In this document: one piece after another, positions 39,401 to 53,409 of the stretch
How the letters are laid out: each line of letters begins with the position of its first letter
Position numbering within the stretch: the first letter of the stretch is position 1
Position numbers and translations under genes: made by a program
The notes under the pieces: generated by a model
Databases searched by the model: none
Told to the model about the DNA's origin: nothing
What the model saw: only the letters and a program-made list of their open reading frames with translations
Virus record (IMG/VR): IMGVR_UViG_3300045988_039227
Span: 1 to 64,000 of that record
Origin: a virus
Reading direction: 5' to 3' (one strand)
DNA length: 64,000 nucleotides

Positions 39401-42400
39401 AGAATACTTTCTATAATGCTATTCTACAATCCTTCTGCGCTTTCTGGATCAAATTCATAACCTCCATTCTCATTAACATTATAACGTGCTAAATAAAGGT
39501 GGTCTATATCAAAATCCGAACCAGTAATCTTGGTAAACTCAGTTGGAAGTATTACTGTAGATTTAACAGCAGGTACAACATCAACAAAACGTAAAGCATG
39601 TATAGATGACTGAGCCTGTGTAGGAATACGATAACCAATCGTATTAGATGTGGCATTTTCTCCGATTATATTATGATCTAAAAGCCATTGTCTAGCTTCG
39701 TTGTAAGATAAGTTCTTTGGAAGTATATCCTAGAAGTAATCAATAGATATTACAGCATCCATAGAGCCTTCTTCGTTTATCATCTACAATCTCTTACCAT
39801 TATAGATCTCCTATCCTTGTATACCGCCTTCGCCATTTTTGCCTTCTATAGCAAATACTGATCTCTGAATAAACGAGCTACCAGGAGTCATAATGTCAAT
39901 AATATCCTTATTAGCCGCAGATATAAGCATAGACTCCATCCAGCTAGCATCAGCAGTAGATGCAATAGGCGCATTCATTGAGCCCGTCTATGGATTATAT
40001 GTAAGAGCGTCTATAAGATTCTTATTAGCATTTCTTGTGCCAAGTTGCTCTATAAGGTACTCGCTAAGCTTCTTTTGGTCTATAATTCCGTTAGAGTAGA
40101 ATCTATCTTTAAATTTGTCTACACCAAGTTTAGAAAGCTTATTAATAGAGCCCATTAACTTGTCTCTAAGCTGTTCTCCAGTCATGTCGCCATACGTTCT
40201 ATCAAGTCGCAAACTAGATAAACAAACCTTAATCATCTGTGTACCGGCTGCTACAACATCACCTTCCTCTGGATCAGTATTAAGCTGTCTACGAAGCGCA
40301 GATAATCTCTGTGTATAAACGTTCAGCGGCTTACTAATAGTCTCTCCATCGAACTCAGAATGGCCTTGTAGACCAACCTTTACAGCAGATGTCATAAGAA
40401 GATTATCAACCTTATTTTCCTTCATCTTATCATACACATTCTTAAGTTTACCTGTGGCTATACAATCAAATATAGGGAACAACGCAAACTTATTATAATA
40501 TGGAACAGATAAGTTAGAAACCTTCTTTCCATTCGTTGTATGATCCCTAAATCCGTATGCTGTATATTTTGTTGTTACAAGATTCACTTTATTATACACA
40601 AGGTCGTATGCATCTTTTTGATCCATCCACGAATATTTATCAGAACTTTCAAGGATATTAATAGCCTTTGCTACGTCGCCGAATAGCGCACCTCTAGAAC
40701 GAAGCATTCTTTTGCACATATCTGCTGTAATGTAAGATGCACCATCGGCTACATTGATTCCACCAGTATAGGCTTTATAGAAGTTGTTAGCTCTAGTTTC
40801 TATCTTCTTAACAGCATCCTCGCCAAAGTCGTCTACAAGCCTAGCTCTTACTGCGCCTATATCTAAATCATCAACACCTTTAAATCCGTAACGGTTTCCA
40901 TAGATTTCCCTAAGTTCACCATCACGCATCTTCTCTTGGAGTTCGCTCATTACATCGGCATTTGAAGCTACTTCATAGTCTGCTATCTCTGCACATCTAT
41001 AAAGTTCTCCATCTGAACCATCATAGTTTGGCAACGATGGGACGTTGTCATCACCTGTAGACACAAGGCCACCGATACGTTTCTGAATATCCTCTACGTT
41101 CTTAAAGAATCCAGGGTTGCCAATATATAATCTCAAGCATTCTTCTGATGAAATCATACCCCTATTTGTAACATCTTGTAATATAGCTGCTATAGCCATA
41201 CTATACGCTGTACGCTGTAAATTTTGTGTATTAGGCGTTATTCCTTTATCGGTGAGATCTTTATACATCTAAGCGTATAAAGTGCGTTCTACAGCATCTA
41301 TTTGGCTCTAATTAAGGTTTATGTTATTAAGGCCAAGGTAACCAAGCTTTTCATCTTTTGACACTATACCAAGACTAACGGCTTTATCTACCTCAAGTTC
41401 GTACTGCTCCTAAAGTGTTAAAGCCATTATCTACTCTTGCTCTTCTCTAGACTTATCAAAGAACTGTTCATTAAGAGTCTTAAGCTATTCGTCAGGAGAC
41501 ATATTGCTTATTTCGTAGCGTTTAATCTAGCCGTCTTCATACACTCTAAGTGTCGTAAGTGATTTAAACTGAATACCACCAGGCTACTTTCCTTTCTTGC
41601 CGATGTGATAATTCATTATCTTGTCTTCATCATTAAGTACGGGTAAGCCCTTAGGGTTATCTACATGTAAACCAAGTTGTTCTCTACAATCAAGTATAGC
41701 TTCACGCTCTGTATAAGCATATTCGATAAACTGATTTAATACAGATTGATTAGGCTGCAAATAGTAGTGAGAGCTATCTAAGAATATCATCTTTGGTGCA
41801 CCGGATACAGTATAAGCACCATTGTCTAACTACCCGAACTACATTCCAGGGATATTTATACCACCAAGAACCATATATGTACCCTTATCGGCAAGGGTTG
41901 GGAATACACAATATCCATTCTGAAGCATTGCGAACTTATTAATATAATCTTCAGCTTCAGCAAGATTGCTATATTTAGAACCATTGTCACCACGATTATC
42001 AGACTTGAAGCCAATAGGAGTATAAATACTAATATTGAAATCTTCTCCGTTCTGCAATTGCTTTGCAACAATAGAACCCATGTTCACGCCATTATTATTC
42101 ATAATGTTGTAACTAGACTACAAAATAGTCCTTACTACCATATTGTTCTTATCATGACTATTAAGGTTCTCTGTAGTATTGCTAATACTATTGTTCTATG
42201 ACTCGTTATACAGCTTAGTACCATCCATACCATTAGACATCTTATCTGTAGTAATCTTCATATAGGCTCCAGCCCAGTTACCTAATTCGCTAACAAAACC
42301 AGTCTTAAATATCTCGTCTACAGCCTTCTGTGTTGTATAACCATTTGTTTGTACGACTTTGCCGACTGCATCAATAAAACTATTAATATTAGATACACCA

Positions 42401-45400
42401 GTAGATGCAATCCACTTTTTAAGGGCTTCTCTACCAACGCCATTATACTTTGTAGATAACATATGATCGAGCATTTCTTTTGTAAAGTTTATACCAAGCA
42501 TATTAAACTCTTTGCATATATCATCTTTAAGTACCTCGATATCACTATTAGATGCTGCGCTTCTAATCCTTCCGTTTATCTTAAATTCACTAGCAGAATC
42601 ATTAAGTATCTACGATTGTAAATCAGAGAAGAACTGAGATATAAATCTAAATGCGTTTCTTGCTACAGTCGTAGGCATATCTACCTAAGTATTCTTTGTG
42701 TTATACTTTGTAGAAAGAAGCAATTGTCCATTCTACCCAACATACCTCTACAATAAGCCAGATTGACCAGAAGATAAGAACGAGTTCCAAAGCTTAGGGT
42801 ACATTCTGGCATCTCTGTCGAAGTTTGCATCAGATATTTTGACTTCAACACCTCCGTTCTTATTACGTATAGACCTACCAATAATAAAGTTGTGTTCATG
42901 GCCCTTTATAGCTGTAAAGATTTGTATCATAAACGCTTCTTTATCGAAGTCTATCTTTTCAAGCTAATTATCGTCGTTGAATGTATAGATAGAATTGTAT
43001 AGATCGCTATACTTCTAATAGATTGCCATATACATAGGGTTCTGCGTAGATAACTCCTGCAGTCTATTTAATAAGTCTAAAGGAGTTTTAACATCATGTA
43101 ACTTGCTAACAACTACATTAAATACCTGCTTAATAGGCATAAATGTAGGAACGCCATATATGTTCTTAGATGTATCAAGAGCAAGTTTACCGTTATCATC
43201 AAACTTATAGTAAGGTATTGTAGCAAAGAACATCTTCACTGGCTTACTTACAGAATCAAGCTTATTGAACTCAAATGCGGACTTATCGTATCTTTCGATA
43301 GACTTTCCATAATCATTCTCTTCCTGGTCACTTGTCTCAGAATCGTCATCATGCTGATATTTGCCGTCATAGGCATCCATTATTTCGGTAAGATACTTCT
43401 ATACTTCTTTTGATATAGCTGAGAAGTTAGGGAATACAACATCACCTTTATCATTTAATTCTGCGTAAAACACTTCTCTAAATGCTTGCTGTGTAGGAGT
43501 AACTGAATCAACAGACATATACTATCCATTCAGAACGGGCTTAACAGAACCTGGCTCGCCAATAAGGTTGTTTATAACCTTCATTGGTATATATTTAATA
43601 GGAAGTTCTGAAGAGCTGTGTACTGCATCATATATATCAGTAGCATCTTTAGCAGACTTTACTATAATATATCCAAGAGCTCTAGCCATATGTTCCTTCT
43701 CAGCGGCAGAGCCTATATGATCGAATTTGCGTCCATTTATTTCATAATGCAAGTCTTCGCCAAACAGCTTTTTAAATCTATCTTGCTGTTCTTTGCTTAC
43801 CTATTTATCTGCATATTTTCCAGACTTAATATCGTTGAACAAAGTAAGAACCGTTTTAGCATTGTTTCTGTAATGCCACAAGATACTTAATCTGTTAGCT
43901 ACTTTCTTTATATTCCTCTTAATCCAGCCTTGTTTCTTTATAGCATTAGCGTCTTTTGTGCCGAGCATATAATCGACGAATAAATCAGCCAATCCCTCAG
44001 CTACATCTCTTTCTGTAGCAGCTTCTGGATGAGCTTTTCTGTATGCAGAATACATCTATTCTCTTACAGATGGCTCTACAAGTAATTCTAATGCCCTATG
44101 GAATCCTTCATGGAAGCCAATAGTATAAGGAACTGAATTAGACATCTAGATAACAGCATCTGTACACCTAGCAAGTACTGCGCTATTCTTTTTATAAGCT
44201 ACATCTGATAACCTTTCGCTTTCTACCCACTATGGAGTAATACCTGTTGTCTTTCTGACCCATTCATCAACGGCACTAGCAAATGATGGCTTTTGTTTCT
44301 AGCCTTCAAACTCTGATAAATCTTGTTCATAGAACAAAGACATAAATGTGTCTTCGGCCTACTTTTGCTGCTATTGAATATCTTGTTTAGCAACTGTTTT
44401 AGATGCTTGCTGAGCGCTTCCATTTGGATGATTTTGTACAAGCTCTACATTATCTACGTATACTGTAGGAGGATCAAGTTTAGCTGCATATGACATTAAA
44501 TAACCATTGCGCAGCATATAACCAAGACCGGTAGTACCTTTGCCATCATGAGTAAAGTCTTCTCTTGTAAACGTAAGACCATTTGGAAGTTCTACTTTAT
44601 CAAGGTTAGGATTTGATGCATATTGCGCATTAAGCTTAGCTAATACACTATTATGTGATGACTATATATATTGCTGCATATTCTACTGAACAAATGCAGC
44701 ATCTTTTGTCATATACATATTACACAGAGCATTGTAGATATTAGCGTAGTCTACACTAGGATTTTGCGTAGGGTAAATAACATTACCTATTATAACTCTC
44801 TTATTAGCCGGATCTAATGTAACAAGACCTTCTATTGAGTTATATTTCTCATTTAATACTTTATTGTCAGCCTTAATATAAAGAACCTGCTTAAGTAAAT
44901 CGTCTATAGAATATCCTTGATACTCATTTAAACCTTGATAACATTTATACCATATAAGGTCTGCAATCTTATTAGCCTAACCACCTTGACCAGCAGTAAA
45001 TTTAGGCTGTATTAACGGCGTACCAATACATCTATTATCTACAGCTTTCTCAGTCTGACCAGTATCATAGAAGTATACAATATTACCAGATTGTGTTATA
45101 GCTGTACGTTTTATATATTCTAGATCAAATCCACTAATTAAAGTTGATAATTCTGGGCCACCATATACCATCTTCGTTACGTCACCAGTGTTTACGTTTT
45201 GTGTAGCCTTAAGGAAACCTATTCTGTTACCAGCGTCGCATGTAATATTGTACAAATCATGCTAATTAAGCGTTCCTGCGAACAAGAATTTACTTACAGG
45301 CTATAATTCACTACCGTTCTTAATTGAACCCTTAGAACGGCTTAATTTCATGCTTATATGGTATCCTGGATGTGTTTTCATAAAGTCGAGCATATACTTA

Positions 45401-48400
45401 ACTTTCTATACAAACACAGCATCTGCAGCTTTCTTTCTAGCAAAATATACCGGATCAACACCCCTTGGACCAGCGTCATTACCCTGGTCGAATGTCATAA
45501 AGATTGTTCTGCCTTTAGAATCTGTAAGCTTAAGCTATACTTCATTATTTCTCCACACAAGCTCAGCATTACCAGATTTTCCAGAAGCATCTGGGTAAAT
45601 CAAATGCGGATCAAGCGCTATAGAGAAGTAATGCGGGTCAAGTTTAGCCCTAAATGCAGGGAAATGTTTAGTAGTATCACTATACAGCTCTCTCCATTGA
45701 TCGTCAATCATATTGATACTCTACGCGCTGTTTGTATCAAGTATATCGTCAACATTTGGATCTACAGGGAATCTCTGGTTATATTCTCTAATGAAGTCTT
45801 CTGCATCATAAATAGTATCAGTAAGCGCATTATCAAGAGCTGTATTTGTTTTCTATACATTCTTTGTATTATCAGTCAAGAACTTAAGCTAATTATTTAT
45901 AACCGTACTCCAGAATCTTTGCAAACTCTTGTTGCCAACAAGGCTATTCATAAACTCGCCATCAAATGTAGCAAGGAATGACTTAATCTTGTTAAAATAA
46001 GTAAAGCTAGGATTACCAATATTAGATGAAAATTGAGTCTGCCACATTTGTAAGGCCTTATTTGCAGCGTCTCCGTACATCATCCTATTGTCTACTAGCT
46101 TATTAATAGCTGCTGCTATAAGCTTCTGCTCTGGAAGGGTATCGCCAACTTCAAACTAATCGCTACCGTAGAATTGGTCAAGAGCTGTCTAGGCATCATA
46201 TATTGAGTAAATAAGCTCATTAACTTGAGCTCGTTCGTCTGCTGTTGTAATATTAAGGTTTGTAATAGAACTTAACAGCGTATCAAGTTTCTTGCAGATT
46301 TCATGAATAGTATCAAGACCCGCCTAATATTGTTCATCTACAATAACGTGATCAAACGCATCTTCTGGGTAGAATCCAGGTACAGTATTCTCGTGCTATT
46401 TAGGCTACATGAGCTAATTTAAGCGCATCTGAGCGTCTTCTTTTAAGCTCTGGATAGATTCTATAGCTGAGTAAAGATCTCTCATCTGAAGTAATAATTC
46501 GTCCTTATTTGAGCCTTCTTTAAATATATCGTAAGATGGTACAGTTTTATGTTCGCCACCAGCTTCAGCAATACTATCGTATATACTTTGCAAATCAGAC
46601 ATAAGATCGTTTACTTTATTCTGCAAAGGTCTGACAACTTCGTTAGAAATATCTTCATTAGATTTATTGTAATATGGTGTTACAGGCTTGTTGAAATCAA
46701 GCATTTCTACTTTAAATACAGGTTCTGCTACAATTCCACTCGCTGTTCTATCATAGTAGAATGGCATTACGTATGTGCCTTCAATATTAGAACCAAATGT
46801 ATCGTAAAGTACCTAATTTAATCTTTGAAGCTATCTCTATTCCTACTGGATCATTGTTTCTTTAGCTCGACTATTGGACTTCTAATTACCAAGCATTCTG
46901 GTTTTTATGTCTGGTTTAAATGAAGATCTAACATCTATAACAAGAAGCTATCCATCATTATCAACAAGTACAATATCAGCCTATGATTGTATAGCTCTGC
47001 CTTTGTCATCATAGCCATAAATAGGAATGTCTGTATCAAGTACTCTATACTGACCGCCGTTGAGCATTCTGTCTCTAACAGACTTAACATACTGCTTAGC
47101 ATCTTCTAGTCCATTCGGATTATCTAACAGCGTGTCGGCAAAACTATCGTCATTTCCTAACATTATAGCCTATGCTAGTTCCCTAATAGTTTCTCCATCC
47201 CTTATAGACTGAGAATTAAAATAAGCTGTATCTATTGATGCTAAATAATGAGCAAATCCCTATAATAATTCCCCTTTATTTGGCTGAGAAAATATTGTGT
47301 CAATTATATCAGAATAATCTTGATCTCCGAATCTATCTGTATTATCTGCAAGATATCCAAGTATCTACTATTTGTCAGAGATGTTTATATTTTCCTCAAT
47401 TTCTGGATAATGAGACTGATATTCAAGTCTGTCTATCTCGTCTATATTTTCAAATACATGTAGATTATTATTATCGTCGTACGCTATTGTTGTATGGAAA
47501 CAATGTACAATAGCTCTGTTCTATTGACGCTTTAAAGCCTTTCTGTATCCATCGAATGATGTATCTTGAGAGGCATGTGTGGCAACTTGTGCTCCATAAG
47601 ATTGTACATCCATAGGAGTATTCATATTCTCCTTTTCTTTACGTGTTGATGTAAGGTAATGGCGAATATACATTGCTTTTGCTAAAGCTAATACTGAAGG
47701 TCCGCCGTCCTAACCAGTCTCTTCTTGAAGAATAGTTTTTATATCATTGTAGAGCTATTCAAACTTATAGAAACCAACCTTAGCGTTCTCCATAAGACCA
47801 TCGAATGACTACATTGCAAGTTCATCAAATCCAAGTAAAAATGATACTCTTGCTTTATTGCGCCTAGCTTTGCGCTTCTTTCTATAATGCTCTCTAGCCT
47901 TATCTCTACGACGTTTATATTCTTCTGCGTGTTTCTAAAGCTCCTCTGTAGTAGCTATATGCTTTTGCTAAGTTTCTGTTGGGTCTACAGCTTGCTTAGC
48001 TTGAGTATTAATGTCTTTTATATCTTCCTATGCAGCTTTAAGTATATCATTCTAGTAATCCTCTGTAAGCTTTGTTACAGCGTCTCCAGAATATATATCG
48101 GATAACATCCAGTCTATATTTTCATTCTGTTTGTTTGCATCGATAATCTTTGTGATACGCTCGTTAAGCTTACTCTTTGACCCGTCTTTAGCCGCAGCTC
48201 TAGTATGTTCTTCTGGCTTATATTTATCACCGAGCTTCTGCTTTAACTCAGCCTGCTTTCTCTGATACCTAAGCTCATCTGGATTATACTCAAGATTACC
48301 ATTATCATCACGTGTAACGCCTTCTGTGTGAATTGATAATGTAGAGTTAAGTAAGGATTCGTTAGCTGTATACATAGCTCTAGCTTGTTCGAGCTCCTGG

Positions 48401-51400
48401 ATCTCGTTATCATTAAATCCAACAGACTCGCTAAAATTGTTCAAGAATTGTAATGTCTATTCGTCTGTAGACTTCTCGTCGAAATTCTTATAAGCTTTAG
48501 CTAAACTTTGCTTTGCGCGAGCAATTTGTTTATCTATATTAGCAGACAACAACTTAGCGTCAGGTCTAACGGTCTTTAATCCAAGCTTATCGTGAGCAAA
48601 CTTAAATATGTCATCAATAGAATTCATCTTTGCTTTAAGTGTAAGCAATGCTTTCATTCTATTGTGAGCTTCAGAATTTCTCTGGAAGTTATTTATATGT
48701 CTATCGTGCTCTTCTTTCTATGAGCGCTCAACAAACTTTTCGCCATATTCGTTTGCTTCATCTTTGATAGATTCTTTGTATTCTACTACAGATTTTTCTA
48801 CTTCCTCTTGAGGCAAAGCTGCTGTATCAAGAGACTTCTTGTACTCATCCACCTTTCTGTTAACATAAGACTCGATTGCCTTAGTCTTTGCTGTAGCTGC
48901 ATTTATAGCAGTTAGCATAGGATCTCTTGACTATTCCTATCTATTTACAGCCTGTTCTACCTGATTTTGATAACCTTGCTGTCCGTAAATCTACTGAAGT
49001 CTAGCCTCGGCTTCCTACTAAGCTTTTCTGTTAGCAGTTAACTATTGCTCGATGTTAGCCCTATCAGCTATAGCTACATTGTATTGTTCTGTACCTTTAC
49101 TGATACCTTTAAGACGATATTGCTGTTCAGTCTACTTATTGTTTACGAGAGCAGAAATACGCTCCACATTAGACTGTAAATCATTCCAATACTGTTCACC
49201 AAAACGTGGTCTCTCTCGCTTCAAATCAGCCTCTCTGAGCTACTATATTTCTGTAGTCAGCTAATTATACCTTCCCTTAGAGATCTGGTCTGAAATAACA
49301 GCATTACTAGCTCTATTCATCTTTCCTTGTTCTCTATCAAGAAGCGCACTGTGCATTATAGCGTCTTTTACTTGTACGGTGTTCTTAATGTCATTAACGG
49401 CATGATAGATGTTCATGGCTACCATAGGATGCATACCACCCATAGCAAAACCACCTCGCCAGTTTGACAACATCTCCATATCGTTATAAAGTTCAGATTC
49501 GCCAAGACCAAACATACCTTTATAGAAGTCTGATACCTCTTTGCTATGAGCCATATCCTGGAATGCAAGACTGAGCAAATCAGCTGATCCGTATCCATAT
49601 GTCTTAGCAAACTCTTCAGCAGCATTAGCATTCAACTGCTGTACAATTTCTTCATTTCCTTCAGACGCTCTATCTATAATACCTTTTCTAACCGTATTGA
49701 TACCGTATTTGTTAAGCATTTTGAGAGCAGTAACTGTATTAGGATTCTTTACGGCTGCTTTCAGTAGTTTTCTCTTCAGCGTTTTAGCTCCAACCATAGT
49801 TGCTAATGCTTCAGCCTTCTTCGCTATAGCCTCACTAGCCATAACTCCTGCGTCTTTTAGAGCTTGCGGCATGACTTCTTTTGCAAGCCCCTTTACTCCC
49901 CTAGCAACTTCTCCTGCGGCAGCACCAACTCCAGCGCCAACATAATGTCCAAGAACACCACCACCAAGTACATCCATTGTTGTTGAGCCAATCTTTGCAC
50001 CAGTTTTGCCAGCTGCACTTGTAAGAGAGTTAACATACTGTCCAGCCTGTGCAAATTTACTTTCAACAGCTCCGTTTAATCCCGCGAGAGCATAGTCTGT
50101 ACCAATAACCAATCTTCCAGCTTTACTAGTGGCAAGCTTTGCCCCAAGTTTTGTTGTAGGAAGTTTATAGATGGCTTGTCTATAAAGACTTGATAGACTA
50201 TTGCCTGGCTATACATATGATATAACGTTTTGAACAACTTCTGTACCCATCGTTCTAGCGTTATCTACCATAAATTGCTATTCAAGACCTTTTGTTGTAC
50301 CGAGTTTAGCTTTAGATAAACGTGGATCATTACTCTTTGTAACGCCCATTAGGTAATCACTAAGAACTTTTTCCTTACCTTGCTGTGTATTAAGATTATA
50401 TCTATCCTCGGCATCTTTCTTAGACATACCATTCTACATTGCAAATTTTACAGACTGCTTTTGCAAATCTTTATACGATGCAGAAATACCTTGTGCTTTA
50501 CCGGAAGCTTCCTACGCTTCGTATTTATTAAGATTCTATTGATAGTTCTAGGTCCAACGTTGAGCAATTTCAGCGTAGTTCTCATCTTCTGCACCTTGCA
50601 GATTAAATGGAAGTGCAGCTGCATTAGCAGCGTTGTACAAAGCAAAACCAGCTTCTGGATGTCCGGCTGCTCCCAAAGCAAAAGAACCGACAGTACCAGC
50701 AGTTGTTATAAGATTACCAATATTACCTGTGTCTGAAGACCAAGAAGAACCCATCTGTTGAGGCAAATTCCACAACCAATAATCAGGTGTTAATAGATCA
50801 TCATTAGCATGTATATTTGCAAGATTCTCAGCATGTTTACTAACGTTCCAGAACTTCTTCCACTTAGACGCTCTACGCATCTAATCGTCAAGAGTTTCTT
50901 TGTAATCCTTAAGATCTTGCTAACGCTTAGCTTTAAATTGATTTGCTTCTATTTCTTTTTGATCCAAACTCATTCCTTGATGAGCCTTTTCAAATCTATT
51001 GGATAGCTACTTATTATAGTTATCAAGCCAATCCCTAGCCATCTACTCTTTGGATCTACCTGTGCCGTCAAACATATCATTTGTGACAGCAAATGCCTTA
51101 GTCATAGCAGCCTGAAATCCTTCCCACATAGATGTATGATCTTTCATCCATGTAGCCTTGTATGCATCGGCGAGTTCATTTAAATCTTTGTCTTGCAGCT
51201 AATCGTATGTTGACAAGATTTCTTTACCAAGTAAATACGTATCTTTCCACGCATCTCCTTTAACCTAAGCTTTAGGATTAGCTTTAAGGTAATTCCATTG
51301 GTCTTCCTTTGATTTAAGATCTCTTTTAAGTCGCTCCCTTTTGGACCATGCATCAGCTTTTGCCTAGTCTGTCTAAGCTAAAGCGATTTTACCCTTTGTG

Positions 51401-51948
51401 CTTTCAATTCCAAGATCGCTAGACTGATTTGAAAACAAACCAATTCTCTAGCCAATCTTCCATAACGTGAATTGAAAACTATCTTTTCCAAGTTCGTTTA
51501 TACCGCCAATATCAGAGCCAACAGAATTTTTGTAGATATCAGTCTTTTTAAAGTCTTCAAACAGCTTATCTTCCTCAAGCTATGTTTGCTTCTCTTTCTC
51601 TGCGTCAGAAAGTATACCTTCCGAGTCATCTTGGGCATCAATCTTTTGTCTGTTTGATCTTTCTTGTTGCTTGTATAAGCTGTCAATATGTTTATTCCAG
51701 TCATATTCAGCTATAGCATTTTTCTATCTCTGAATAGATTTTTGACTAGGCTTATACCAATCCCCGTGCGGCATTATATCAGACTCTAATCTAGAACCAG
51801 ATTGTCTTGATATGTAACTTGGTACATTAGCCTAAGTCCTTTTATTAGGAACGGATTGGCGTTGATTTGGTAGCGTTATACCAAATCTTTTAGCCTATCC
51901 TCTAAAATAGTCCTCTGCTGGGGACTTAAGTAAATTGTAATTTGCCAT
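36463..51948 (-). CDS. giant 5161-codon ORF containing a crAss-type two-barrel virion RNA polymerase module (requires TAG as sense)
   Basis: ATG 51948 follows an in-frame TAA (51952-51954). The hand phase scan found no TAA/TGA until TAA at 36463-36465, and about 124 in-frame TAG. IGYRIPTQAQSSIHALRF...ILPTEFTKITGSDFDIDHLYLA parallels the beta-prime segment NRAPTLHRLGIQAF...NADFDGDQMAVH, with DFDID at 39502-39516. HEGFH lies at 44098-44112. A TAG-free 426-codon block lies at 39988-41268. Confidence 0.75.
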
Positions 51949-51955
51949 AATTTAA

Positions 51956-53401
51956 TTAATTTGCTTTGTTAGGTGCTTTTCCTATATATCCAGGTTTGAC
52001 TTCAACCCAGATTGTTTGTCCAACTGCTCCAGCTGATTGATTATTATTTACAGATACAACGTTAGCCTTGATATAATACCTACCAAGTTTCTTGTTATAT
52101 GTAGGACCAGATGTTACTGTTGCAGTAATCTTCCTTCCAGGTGTTCTATAGAGTCCAAAGTTAACTCTCTTTGATCTACCTTCATTTAACTATCTAAACG
52201 CTCCAGACTTGGCTATATATTGTCCGTCATTAACGGTAATAATCTATTGTTTAGTAGATTGTGTCTATTTATTATCGCTATCACCCTGCGATCGAGACTA
52301 TGTATATTCATTCCATTGAGCATCTGGGTCTGCAAGTGTTACACCGTTAGCTCTAAGGTCATCTATTGATGTTGATACTGGAGTATAAGGCTACTCTCTA
52401 GCTGTATCAAATATAGTCTTATAATTACTTCCGGAGGAACTGTGATCCGGAATACCATTTGCAGCTCTTTTTACATCATCTGCGTATTTGTAATCCAAAA
52501 TAGCCTTTTGATTAGCGAGGTCTCTAGCAGATTTCTTTGCATCAAGCTAATCAGCAAGTATATTCTAATAGTTGAGTAAAGAATATTTATTAGGATCCCA
52601 TGCTATATTCTTCTTTCCTTCCCAAAGTTGCGCAACAGTACTCTACAATTGCTGTTTAACCTAATCGTCTGTAGGATTAGTTACACCAGCCTACTGTAAC
52701 TGCTATTTGGCTTTATCGTAATAATATTCGCCTGCTGCTGTAGACATAACAGACGGGATTGCCTTGCCGGCTGTATCCATGATCATCTAATCTGTAATAC
52801 CAGTGTAATCATTCTTTGGATCATACTTATATCCCATAGCCTCAACTTGTTTCTATGTAAGATTACTAGGTTTGAGTATACTATAAGGAATCTTTGTAAG
52901 ATCTTCTAGTGTGTCCATCTTCGTTGGAGCTAATGTATTCCAACTTTGTGTATATGGGTCAAACTTATCATAATCTAACCCATACTTCTACATTTGCCAA
53001 CCAAGCTAATCCTATGTAAGTTTTCCTTCAGCAACCATAGAAGCAGCTGCTTTCTAAAATGTCTTCATATTGTCAGCGTCAGCTTTCCATTTAGAGATCT
53101 TATCATAAGGTGTCTCTCTAATGATCTTGGCTATATAAGCTCTACCTTCTGCAGATCTAAGTGGGTCTATACCGTTCTAATACAAGTAATTAAGACCAGC
53201 GTTAACCCTGCCCTTTGTCTAATCATAGTAAGCTTTATTTAAACTAGCGCTTGGGCTATATAGGTCTCCGAATTCCTTAGCAAACTCCTTCTATTCTTGT
53301 ACAGCCTAATTATATTGTTCTCTTGCAGCACTAATGTACTACGACATCATACTGCTATCCAGTAGGTCTATAATAGGGACCGCTACTGGTTCATCATACA
53401 T
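51956..53401 (-). CDS. virion module protein, 481 codons (TAG as sense)
   Basis: ATG 53401 (MYDEPVAVPIIDLL...) lies 9 nt after the upstream TAA. The phase-checked reading reaches TAA at 51956-51958 and ends ...VKPGYIGKAPNKAN*. Confidence 0.7.
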
Positions 53402-53409
53402 TCCTATCA

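Noticed and set aside
42811-42831. SDANFDRDA resembles the RNA polymerase NADFDGD magnesium loop.
   Set aside because: It lacks the D-x-D-x-D spacing, with Asn in place of the first Asp. A much better match with proper flanking context (RIPTQ...DFDID) lies at 39502-39516, so this one is probably coincidental.
45358-45981. A 207-aa + strand ORF, together with many other 60-130 aa + strand ORFs between 30 and 62 kb.
   Set aside because: They are antisense to the continuous TAG-read-through genes and have low-complexity Ile/Phe/Leu/Ser-rich translations. None has the upstream motifs seen for real + strand genes.
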